Positions 1-8,194 of a stretch of DNA of 18,225 bases are shown in pieces. Made by a program: the position numbers and the translations under genes. How positions within the stretch are numbered: the stretch's first letter is position 1; each line of letters begins with the position of its first letter. Below the pieces are notes generated by a model that did no database searches, was not told the DNA's origin, and saw nothing but the letters and a program-made list of their open reading frames with translations. Origin of the DNA: Chlamydiia bacterium (GTDB lineage: Bacteria > Chlamydiota > Chlamydiia > Chlamydiales > Parachlamydiaceae); assembly GCA_038257035.1 (NCBI GenBank), contig JBBSJT010000044.1:1-18225 (forward strand). Direction: 5' to 3'.

Positions 1-63
1 AACGACACGCACATATTCGACAAAATTTCTTTTTTGAACTTTAAAGTACAGTATCGGTTCCAT
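1..63 (-). CDS. 5' end of a hypothetical protein running off the window edge (MEPILYFKVQKRNFVEYVRVV...)
   Basis: ATG at 63-61 followed by 21 open codons to the window edge; co-oriented with and downstream of mgtE. Too short to identify. Confidence 0.35.
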   Translation of the reverse strand, partial: MEPILYFKVQKRNFVEYVRVV

Positions 64-227
64 AGTTATTTTATAAGATAAACACTGATTCTACTTCAAC
101 CTGAAAATTTTGTGCCTATCTGATTTGAATGAGAAGCAAGGGATTTGCGTGGTAAGAGTATCATAATCTCTAACAAGATAAAACTCTTATTTCTCTCATT
201 CTTCCTATGTGACCTCGGTGTTAAAAA

Positions 228-1703
228 CTATAAAGTAAATAAAAGCGTAACGATCCAAGCAACAAAGAAAAACATCAATGTGGACAATAAATCATTAAAA
301 GCCGTCACAATAGGACCTGATGCAACAGCTGGATCAATGCGAAGCCTTACAAAGAAGAAGGGTGACAATGTCCCTAAAATAGAAGCTGTCATACAAGCGG
401 CTAAAACGCCACCAAAAACCGTCACACCAAGTAATAAAGGTTCACCTTTTGCTTGTGTTAGACCAAACATACTGAGCAGATAAATGACCACTCCGCAAAT
501 AACCCCAAAAGTAAGGCCAATTAAAAGGCCCATTCCAATTTCTTTACGGATTGCTTCTCGTTTTGATCCTGGCGAAAGTTGCCCGGTTGACATTCCACGA
601 ACGAGGATGGTACTACACTGAATACCTACATTTCCACTCATTCCTGTAATTAAAGGAACAAAGAATGGAACGAAGGTAAACCAGTAACGATTATTAAAAT
701 GAGACATGGCAGTTGCTGTAGTAAGACCTGCTAGTAATGTGACAAAAAGCCAAGGCGCTCGTAAAAGAAAACGTGTGAGTACGGCCTCATATTCACCAAC
801 TTCCTCGGACGTACCCCCGATAGTTGCAATGGTTTCATCGGCAATGTCTCCGATCGCTTCCATAACATCTTCGTCTGTAATTACACCAATGAGACGATCT
901 TCTTTATCGACAACAGGAAGACCTGGCACCTTATAACGCTCAACAATATCGACAACCTCATCACGTGAAGCATCTGCTGTCACCTGATGCTGAACCGGCT
1001 GCATCACTTGCTTCAATAAAACATAATCGGGATTAACAATTAAAACACGGCCGGGAACGTAGCCGACAAGCTCGCCTTCATCATTTGTAACAAATACTCT
1101 GCGTGTTAAGTCAATGCCAGGATTGTCATGAATAACGGTGGAAACTTCACCAATTGTGGTGTTCATTTTGAAAGAGAAAAATTCGTTGGTCATCATTCGA
1201 CCGGCACTATGCCTGTCATGCTTTAATAGCTCACGAAGACGCATGGCTTTTTTAGGCTCAAGCAAATCTAAAAGACGTTTTAAACGGCGATTGGACAAAT
1301 CATCTAAAACAAAGACCGCCTCATCTGGTGGCATGCGCTCAACTAATTGCTTGATTTCATCGTCATTAATCTGGCGAAAAATAGCAGAGCGTGTTTTGTT
1401 GCCTGTATTAATCATAAAAATGATTTTGGCATTGACATCGGGGAGGTTATCGTAAACAACAACGCGAGAAGTTGGGGGAAGCCTTGTTACTGCATAAGCT
1501 AAGTCGATTGGGTCATATTCGCTTGCAATTTTGGCAACGTCATGCAAAATAATTTGGTAGGTTTGTTTATGAAAAGCATCTTCGAGTTTTTCATTCAATA
1601 CATCATCTAAAAGACTGGTTTTAGATTCCAAACTTGATACATGAGATTCATCGTCGTGATCATGATTTTCGCTGTCAATGTTTCTATCCAATACAAACCC
1701 CAT
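228..1703 (-). CDS. mgtE: Magnesium transporter MgtE
   Basis: 491 aa with MgtE N-domain, CBS pair (SAGRMMT...LPVVD...LIGVITDED) and TM domain with RAPWL, GMSGNVGIQ and DPAVASGPIVTAFND (Mg-binding Asp). N-terminal SKTSLLDD...YDPIDLAYAV resembles chlamydial MgtE. Confidence 0.96.
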   Translation of the reverse strand: MGFVLDRNIDSENHDHDDESHVSSLESKTSLLDDVLNEKLEDAFHKQTYQIILHDVAKIASEYDPIDLAYAVTRLPPTSRVVVYDNLPDVNAKIIFMINTGNKTRSAIFRQINDDEIKQLVERMPPDEAVFVLDDLSNRRLKRLLDLLEPKKAMRLRELLKHDRHSAGRMMTNEFFSFKMNTTIGEVSTVIHDNPGIDLTRRVFVTNDEGELVGYVPGRVLIVNPDYVLLKQVMQPVQHQVTADASRDEVVDIVERYKVPGLPVVDKEDRLIGVITDEDVMEAIGDIADETIATIGGTSEEVGEYEAVLTRFLLRAPWLFVTLLAGLTTATAMSHFNNRYWFTFVPFFVPLITGMSGNVGIQCSTILVRGMSTGQLSPGSKREAIRKEIGMGLLIGLTFGVICGVVIYLLSMFGLTQAKGEPLLLGVTVFGGVLAACMTASILGTLSPFFFVRLRIDPAVASGPIVTAFNDLLSTLMFFFVAWIVTLLFTL

Positions 1704-1903
1704 GCTTTTTTTAAATATTCTTACAAACTTTACAAAAGAAGTTTAACTTAGCAGGCTTTATTAATACAAGAATTTTCAAGGCTTGCCAAGACTTTTATTT
1801 CTTATGGTAAAAGTTTGTATTTTATGGATTTTATAGATAAGCATCAGATTAAAAATTTTAAGTTGATTTTCTCGCAGGTTCACAGCTTTATTGCTCTAGA
1901 GAA

Positions 1904-1922
1904 CCACGGGTTTCACCCGTGG
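1904..1922. repeat. GC-rich REP-like hairpin CCACGGGT-TTC-ACCCGTGG
   Basis: Perfect 8-bp stem with 3-nt loop in AT-rich intergenic DNA, 45 bp past the stop of the 396-aa gene; no good U-tract on either strand. Confidence 0.55.
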
Positions 1923-1966
1923 CAACATGAGGTGTCGCATTCGCACTTTAACAAATGGCTTTTTAC

Positions 1967-3157
1967 TTATTGCTCGAGAAGTTTATATGTTGGTTTGTTT
2001 GGAGCTTGGCAAATACCTATGGTAAGTAATGTCTTTAAAGCTATTTTCATTGGGTAATACTTAGCTGCATTCATTCCATGCTTATTACTCTTAGACATAA
2101 TATCACTCAGACTCGTCATATATTTGCCGTTTGAGCCATTATACTCCCCTAATAATCCTCCGCCACTTTCAAACCAATCATCCGGTCTATATATAGAACG
2201 TTGAAAAAAAATGGATATTCTTTTCTTATCATTTTCACTATATTTAATGGCAAGAAAAGGACGGCCCTTTGAAATTCCACGCATAATTGATTGGCCGGGT
2301 TCTATTTCAACTCTATCAATATAATTACCACTACCATCACCAGACCACTTTTGCGCATTATTAGGATCTAATACAAGAATTTTTAGATCATGAAACTTCG
2401 ATTTGCCACCGGATACTTCATAAATGAAATTTTCATTGTTTTTCATAAGTGGAAGGTTAGCTATTTTTAAAAGAATTTTTTCTTGTTTTTTCTTATATGA
2501 ATTATTGATGGCCTCTTTTTCTGTTTCTTTTTCTGCGATAAAATCTAAATATTGAGTATGAATCACGTCTTTTGAAAATTGTGAATTAATTTCTGATTGC
2601 TCTATTTCTAAAGCAGCTTTTTCTTTTTTTAATATAGATAAATTATTCAGTTGAGAAATTGCCTCGGATGCTGAATTACTTGCATAACATAATTTTACAA
2701 GTGAACTATTTGAATATCCTTCAGGATGGGCCATTGCTTGATTAAAAAGTCCCTGAACAATATATTTCCAATTTGGATTGATGCTGGAATTTTTTAAAAT
2801 TTCATCATCATTTTTTTTCAATAGTATGGAACATTGATCTATTTTCAAATTTTTGATTTTTAAAAGTTCACAATATTCAATGTCGAAAGGATTAAATTTA
2901 TTTTCAATAATTAAAAATTCATTTTTAAAGTTCTCATCCAAGGAATTCAATTTTTCTTGTAACTTCATGCCTTTTAAAACTAAATTTTCACCGTAGAGTC
3001 CAATTTTTTGATCGGTTTCTGCCTGAATAAAATTTTGGTAATAGGCTTTTTTTGTTAAATGTATCTTCGATGAAAAACCACAGTTTTGGAAAACGAGGTC
3101 CTGTATTTCTTTTGGAAAGTCTTCAAAGCTAGAAAAATTTAAAAAATTATTAATCAC
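1967..3157 (-). CDS. F-box-like protein (N-terminal F-box-like motif, central coiled coil, uncharacterised C-terminal domain); putative secreted effector
   Basis: 396 aa, GTG start with AGGAG RBS at 3167-3163. N-terminus FEDFPKEIQDLVF fits the F-box LPxEI pattern; K/E-rich helical middle; C-terminal GGKSKF...GQSIMRG...RPFLA...FFQR...W domain shared with the adjacent paralog. Confidence 0.75.
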   Translation of the reverse strand: MINNFLNFSSFEDFPKEIQDLVFQNCGFSSKIHLTKKAYYQNFIQAETDQKIGLYGENLVLKGMKLQEKLNSLDENFKNEFLIIENKFNPFDIEYCELLKIKNLKIDQCSILLKKNDDEILKNSSINPNWKYIVQGLFNQAMAHPEGYSNSSLVKLCYASNSASEAISQLNNLSILKKEKAALEIEQSEINSQFSKDVIHTQYLDFIAEKETEKEAINNSYKKKQEKILLKIANLPLMKNNENFIYEVSGGKSKFHDLKILVLDPNNAQKWSGDGSGNYIDRVEIEPGQSIMRGISKGRPFLAIKYSENDKKRISIFFQRSIYRPDDWFESGGGLLGEYNGSNGKYMTSLSDIMSKSNKHGMNAAKYYPMKIALKTLLTIGICQAPNKPTYKLLEQ

Positions 3158-3243
3158 ATAAACTCCTTTTTATTTTTAGTATCAATCATACTATAACAAA
3201 CAATTATTAAGGTATTATAAATTTTTTTGTTTTTAAATTTATG

Positions 3244-3463
3244 GGGGTCAGGCTTTACAATATTACAGTTTTTTTTCGCTACATTTTATATGTTTGGTGA
3301 ATTAAAAAACTGTCAAATTGTCAATCCAGACCCCAATGAGCTCTTGTTTTAAGCGTAAAAAACAATCCAAAGGTATTGTGGGGTCTGGCTTGACAGAATG
3401 ACAGTTTACTGTAATAAATGTATAGATATTAACGGAAACTGTAATTCTGTAAAGCCTGACCCC
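3244..3463. repeat. Four copies of a 28-bp motif GGGGTC(A/T)GG(C/A)TT(T/G)ACANNNT(T/G)ACAGTTT arranged as two inverted pairs (REPIN/MITE-like)
   Basis: Copies at 3244-3271(+), 3307-3334(-), 3380-3407(+) and 3436-3463(-), read directly from the sequence. Confidence 0.85.
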
Positions 3464-3476
3464 ATAATAAAATATT

Positions 3477-4468
3477 TTAACTATATTGTGGGCTGTGGTC
3501 TTCGACAATGAGCTGATAGGATGAATTTATTTTATGAAAATAGCCTTTTGTAATAAGTTGCTTTAAATCTTGGACTATTCGTTCTTCAAGATTTACAACA
3601 TTATCATAACTACCATATTCAAATAATTGATGCCCTGTCCCGGAAACTTTCCATTCTTTATAATGATCGTTATTGCGGTAATAAAAGGCAACTTTTCGGG
3701 TAGCAGAATTGCCTGTGCTAAAACAAAAAGCAATAAAAGGCCTATGAGCAAATACCCCACGCATTACGGATTGCCCTTTTTCAAGTTTGGTTATCTTTGA
3801 ATAATAGGAACAGTTCGCAGGAATATCTAGAATTTTTAGGGCATGAAACTTATCTTTGCCTCCAACAATATCGAAGATTCTATTTTCATTAAATTTCAGT
3901 TCAAAAAGATCTTTTACTTTATATTTCATGCTTTCAAGAGTGCTGCGTAATTTAGCCTCTAAAGCGAATTTTTCTTTTAGTTTTATGTCTGCACCATTCC
4001 ATAATAAACGATCTAGCGGTACTTTTTTCTCCTGTATCACTTCCCTTTCAATTTCAAGCTCTGATAAATTTTCAAGCTGTAAAGTAGCCTCCACGCTCAT
4101 ATAATTTAAGAGCGCTGCGGATTTGCCTTGTCTATTTGCAACAGCATTATAAAAGAGTGTTTGGACAGCATAATTCCAGTCCGGATCAACTGTAGAATAT
4201 TCAATTTCTTTAATTTGTATATTATTAAGATGAAATTCTTTTCTTTCTGCTAATTCCCTTTCAAAATTTTTTCAAGCTGCAAACATCTTTCGTAAAGTCC
4301 CATTTTTAAGTCCGTTTCTGCTTGCAGAGAGTTTAAATAATCTTTTCGGTAAACTTTTTTGGTAAAAAAAATGTTTGAATCTTGCCCCACTAGGTTTTTA
4401 AAAATCTCTGTTTGGATTTCTTTTGGGAGTTTCTCAAAGGAATCAATTCTCAAAAAATTAGCAATCAT
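3477..4468 (-). pseudogene. Frameshifted paralog of the 1967-3157 F-box-like gene (72-aa and 207-aa ORFs are one gene of about 330 aa)
   Basis: The 72-aa ORF matches the neighbour's N-terminus (FEKLPKEIQTEIF...QAETDLKMGLY). The -1 frame is open from about 4270 (RELAERK...VDPDWNYAVQTLFYNAVA, compare INPNWKYIVQGLFNQAMA) into the 207-aa ORF. One extra A in the A6 run at 4272-4267 restores the frame. Confidence 0.8.
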
Positions 4469-4571
4469 GTTCTAACCTATTACTTTTGTTTTATTTTCTT
4501 ATAAAAAAGCTAAAGTTTATAATATAACAATCAATTGGAGATATTTTTTGATTTCCAAAGCAAGAAATAAA

Positions 4572-4601
4572 TTGATTTCTTTTTAGATATCATGCTATCC
4601 T
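4572..4601 (+). promoter_or_regulatory. Putative sigma70/sigma66 promoter of typA
   Basis: TTGATT-N18-TATCCT with a TG extended -10 motif, 45 bp upstream of the ATG. Confidence 0.35.
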
Positions 4602-4646
4602 TGCTATTATCTATCAACATTAAACAAGAAGTTAAAGAACAATATC

Positions 4647-6476
4647 ATGTCAACAACACCAGATAAAATTCGCAATATTGCGATCATTGCCCACATTGAC
4701 CATGGCAAAACAACTCTAGTTGATGCCCTGCTTAACCAATCCCATGTTTTTCGTGAAAATGAAGTCGTTGGAACATGCGTTATGGACTCAGGCGATCAAG
4801 AAAAAGAGCGCGGGATTACTATCACTGCTAAAATTACTTCAGTGCCTTACCGCGATTATAAAATTAATATTGTCGATACTCCCGGTCACGCAGACTTTTC
4901 AGGTGAAGTAGAACGTATTTTAGGTACTGTTAATTCCGTCCTACTCCTAGTTGACGCCTCTGAGGGGCCAATGCCTCAAACACGCTTTGTTTTATCAAAA
5001 TCCTTGAAAATGGGCTTAAATCCAATTGTTGTCCTAAACAAAGTTGATCGCCCTCATGCAAACCCTGATCGCGTTCTTGACCAAACATTCGACCTATTCA
5101 CAGAGCTTGGCGCAACTGATGAACAACTTAATTTCCGTTATTGCTATGCGTCAGGCCTTGCAGGTTTTGCAAAACAGCATTTAGATGATGTATCCACAGA
5201 TATGGCTCCTCTATTCGAACTGATCTTAACAGCAGTTCCTGCTCCTAAAGGTGATCTTGACAAGCCATTCCTAATGCATGCGTCAAGCATTTTTTATGAT
5301 GATTATGTTGGACGTCAAGCATCAGGCAGAATCCTAGAAGGAAAAGTTAAAAAAGGACAACAAGTCATCCATATCGATCAAGATGGCAAACAAAATAAGT
5401 GCACGATCGTTAAGATTCAAGGCTTTCTTGGAATTCAAAAAATCGAGATGGATGAAGCATCTGTTGGCGATATCGTAATTCTTTCAGGCGTACCTGAAGT
5501 TTCAATTGGAGACACACTATGCGATCCATCAAACATTGTACGTTTACCAAGCATCCATATTGATGAGCCTACAGTTTCTGTTGACTTTACGGTTAATAAT
5601 AGCCCGTTTGTTGGAAAAAGTGGTAAACACGTGACAATGAATAAATTGCGCGATCGTTTAGCAAAAGAGCAGCGTGCAAATATTTCGTTACGTATTACTC
5701 TCGATGATATCGAACAAGATAGAGTTACTGTTGCAGGTCGTGGCGAATTGCACCTTTCCGTTTTAATGGAAACGATGCGTCGCGAAGGCTATGAGTTTAG
5801 CGTTTCAAAACCTAAAGTATTGATCAAAGAAATTGATGGCGTAAAACATGAGCCTTTAGAGCGCGTTTACGTTGAAGTTCCAGAAGAATATTCAGGTGGC
5901 GTCATTGCAGAATTGTCTAAACGTCGTGGTGAAATGCAACATTTGGATACAGATGAGCATAAGATTACACGTATTGAATTCTTAATGCCTACTCGTGGCT
6001 TAATGGGTTACAGAAATGAATTTCTTACAGAAACACGCGGTCTTGGAATTTTAACTTCCCTTTTTGATTCTTACACACCATGGAAAGGAGTTATTCCTGG
6101 ACGTGCTCGTGGCGTACTTATCTCTATTTGCCTTGGCAAAACAACAGGCTACTCTCTATTTAATCTACAAGATCGTGGAGTATTGTTTGTTGGACCGGGA
6201 GAAGATGTTTACGAAGGCATGGTTGTTGGGGAAAATAGCCGCGATAACGATTTGATCGTCAACGTTGTAAAAGGTAAGCAATTAACAAACGTTCGTGCTT
6301 CAGGAACTGATGAAAACGTCGTTCTTACACCTGCAAGACGCTTTACGCTTGAACAAGCTATCGATTACATCCAAGATGATGAATTGATCGAAATTACACC
6401 TGATGCGATCCGAATGAGAAAACGCTTTTTGACAGAGCAAGAGCGCAAAAGCTCAGACCGTAGCAAAAAGAGTTAG
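4647..6476 (+). CDS. typA: Translational GTPase TypA/BipA
   Basis: 609 aa; IRNIAIIAHIDHGKTTLVD, EKERGITI, DTPGHADF, NKVD, GRGELHL, and the BipA-specific C-terminus KQLTNVRASGTDE...DDELIEITPDAIRMRK. Confidence 0.98.
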   Translation: MSTTPDKIRNIAIIAHIDHGKTTLVDALLNQSHVFRENEVVGTCVMDSGDQEKERGITITAKITSVPYRDYKINIVDTPGHADFSGEVERILGTVNSVLLLVDASEGPMPQTRFVLSKSLKMGLNPIVVLNKVDRPHANPDRVLDQTFDLFTELGATDEQLNFRYCYASGLAGFAKQHLDDVSTDMAPLFELILTAVPAPKGDLDKPFLMHASSIFYDDYVGRQASGRILEGKVKKGQQVIHIDQDGKQNKCTIVKIQGFLGIQKIEMDEASVGDIVILSGVPEVSIGDTLCDPSNIVRLPSIHIDEPTVSVDFTVNNSPFVGKSGKHVTMNKLRDRLAKEQRANISLRITLDDIEQDRVTVAGRGELHLSVLMETMRREGYEFSVSKPKVLIKEIDGVKHEPLERVYVEVPEEYSGGVIAELSKRRGEMQHLDTDEHKITRIEFLMPTRGLMGYRNEFLTETRGLGILTSLFDSYTPWKGVIPGRARGVLISICLGKTTGYSLFNLQDRGVLFVGPGEDVYEGMVVGENSRDNDLIVNVVKGKQLTNVRASGTDENVVLTPARRFTLEQAIDYIQDDELIEITPDAIRMRKRFLTEQERKSSDRSKKS

Positions 6477-6483
6477 AACTTCT

Positions 6484-6519
6484 AAAAAACAAAGGAGTGC
6501 AACATCTGCACCCCTTTGT
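6484..6519 (-). terminator. Intrinsic terminator on the minus strand (hairpin A)
   Basis: 13-bp stem 6489-6501/6507-6519. The single mismatch becomes G-U only on the minus strand and is followed there by a T-run; homologous to the 9056-9088 hairpin. Confidence 0.7.
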
Positions 6520-6531
6520 AAATTTTTTGGT

Positions 6532-6588
6532 AAAGAGCCGTGTAATGGACAGAAAATTATCTGTCTCCATTACACGGCTCTTTTTTTT
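6532..6588 (+). terminator. Intrinsic terminator of typA (hairpin B)
   Basis: 18-bp perfect stem AAAGAGCCGTGTAATGGA/TCCATTACACGGCTCTTT running into T8, 56 bp after the typA stop. Confidence 0.85.
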
Positions 6589-6679
6589 AGTTATACGTAG
6601 TAAATTTGGTGACATTCCCCTATTCAATTAAGCTACCGTTCTATTCAACAAATTTAGTTATTAAGATTTACATAATCGT

Positions 6680-6709
6680 ATTATACTATTAAAATAATAT
6701 AAGTGACAA
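6680..6709 (-). promoter_or_regulatory. Orphan sigma70/sigma66-type promoter (TTGTCA-N18-TATAAT), copy of the promoter at 10062-10091
   Basis: Consensus -10 and near-consensus -35; 21-bp block 6668-6688 is identical to 10050-10070. Confidence 0.6.
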
Positions 6710-6769
6710 CAATATTAATAACAGTTTAAATATTTTTTACAGTAAATTGCAAATAACGTAAAATTCCTT

Positions 6770-8194
6770 TTAGCCCTTGATGACGAGTGCCGGTTTTAGC
6801 TTTGCAACCATTTTGGCAAGTTGCGCATCTTGACAAGCCATGACCACGCTATCTACATCCTTGTAAGCATCAGGCATTTCCTCTGAAATGGTGCCCTTTG
6901 AAGCCGCCATCACTGTAACACCTTGGGATTTCATATAGGCTACGGTATCTCTTCCTTGCCATGCTTCCATGGATTTATGCCTTCCCATGGCACGTCCTGC
7001 TCCATGGCAGCAGCTACACCAAGTGAGTGGATTGCCTTGTCCAACCATCAGGTGACTTGCTCGTCCCATGTCACCGGGTACAAGTACCGGTTGACCTGTA
7101 ACTTTAAATAAAGGGGATAATTCTTCTGCCCCGGGACCCAAAGCGCGCGTTGCCCCTTTGCGATGTACTAAAACTTTTTTAGTTTTACCATCAACTTGAT
7201 GTTTTTCAAATTTTGCAATATTGTGGCAAACATCATATAAAAGTCTAATTTCCTCAGGCTTTACACCTAACACTTCTTTAAAGCCCATTCTCACTTCGTG
7301 TAAAATGCGTTGACGGTTGTTAAAGGCGTAATTAGCTGCTGCTGCCATTGCTTTAAAGTATTTTTTTCCTGCATCGCTATTTATGGGAGCTGCTATTAAT
7401 TGTTTATCGGGAAGATCTTTTCCATATCCCATTTTTATAAATTCATTTAAAGTGTCCTGACAAACTTGATGTCCAAATCCTCTTGATCCTGAATGTATCA
7501 AGACATAAGTTTGCCCCTTTTCAACGTCCCATGAAGCTGCCGTTTCAGGTAAATAAAGATGCGAAATTTCGCCGATCTCAATGAAATGATTACCTGATCC
7601 AATTGTTCCAAGCTGATTTATACCTCGCTCAAGAGCATAGTTTGAGCAAGCCTCGCTATCGGCACCTTTAATTATTCCATAGCTTTCTGTAAATTCAAGA
7701 TCAATCTCAAACCCAAAACCATTTTCAATTGACCAGCGACTCCCCTGCTCTAACAGTTTTTTATAATCAGCCTCATTCAATTTTTTGGATTTATATCCAC
7801 CACCAACCCCTGAAGGCACTCTAATAAAAATAAAGTTTAATAATTTTTGCAAATCAGACTTTTTAAAATCCTTAAAAGCTCTTGGCACAATTGCTAAACG
7901 CACGCCACAATTAATGTCATAACCAACACCGCCCGGACTTATAACTCCATACTCAGCATCCATGGCGGCAACGCCCCCAATTGGAAATCCATAGCCCCAA
8001 TGAATATCGGGCATGGCAATACTATGGCCTATGATCCCCTGCAAAAATGCTACATTTCTCACCTGTTCTAACGGCTTTTCAAAATCTTTTGAAGATATTA
8101 ACTCATCATTTGCAATAATTAATCCAGGGACGCGCATCCCCTCTTCTTTTGGCAAAAGGTATGTTGAAGGAGCTATTTTATTTAAATTATACAT
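6770..8194 (-). CDS. rtcB: RNA ligase RtcB (3'-phosphate/2',3'-cyclic phosphate to 5'-OH), long archaeal/eukaryote-like type
   Basis: Catalytic motifs all present: MPDIHWGYGFPIGG, GYDINCG, GSGNHF, HSGSRG, HNIA, HRKGAT, PGDMG, CHGAGR (guanylylated His), EEMPDAYKDV, terminal KG. ATG at 8194 preferred over TTG at 8200 (GGAG at 8208-8205). Confidence 0.97.
   Translation of the reverse strand: MYNLNKIAPSTYLLPKEEGMRVPGLIIANDELISSKDFEKPLEQVRNVAFLQGIIGHSIAMPDIHWGYGFPIGGVAAMDAEYGVISPGGVGYDINCGVRLAIVPRAFKDFKKSDLQKLLNFIFIRVPSGVGGGYKSKKLNEADYKKLLEQGSRWSIENGFGFEIDLEFTESYGIIKGADSEACSNYALERGINQLGTIGSGNHFIEIGEISHLYLPETAASWDVEKGQTYVLIHSGSRGFGHQVCQDTLNEFIKMGYGKDLPDKQLIAAPINSDAGKKYFKAMAAAANYAFNNRQRILHEVRMGFKEVLGVKPEEIRLLYDVCHNIAKFEKHQVDGKTKKVLVHRKGATRALGPGAEELSPLFKVTGQPVLVPGDMGRASHLMVGQGNPLTWCSCCHGAGRAMGRHKSMEAWQGRDTVAYMKSQGVTVMAASKGTISEEMPDAYKDVDSVVMACQDAQLAKMVAKLKPALVIKG

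Noticed and set aside
79..222. Degenerate inverted repeat after mgtE (GAATGAGA/TCTCATTC; AACAC(T/C)GA/TCGGTGTT)
   Set aside because: May be a decayed foldback element, but the matches are too short to support.
145..1455. Plus-strand ORFs 145-483, 706-936 and 1138-1455
   Set aside because: Antisense shadows of mgtE with no recognisable motifs.
1704..1960. Mg-sensing (M-box) riboswitch upstream of mgtE
   Set aside because: No recognisable conserved M-box structure by eye; needs an Rfam scan.
3244..3463. Possible CRISPR array (28-bp repeats, 28-45-bp gaps)
   Set aside because: Repeats alternate in orientation and are degenerate; no cas genes in the window.
3302..3508. 68-aa minus-strand ORF
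   Set aside because: Spans the palindromic repeat array; no coding features.
6494..6514. GAGTGCAA/TGCAC resemblance to CIRCE
   Set aside because: Half-sites are in the wrong order and spacing, and the site is at a gene 3' end.
6394..6627. 77-aa minus-strand ORF downstream of the orphan promoter
   Set aside because: TTG start without a well-spaced RBS; runs through two hairpins and overlaps the typA 3' end antisense.
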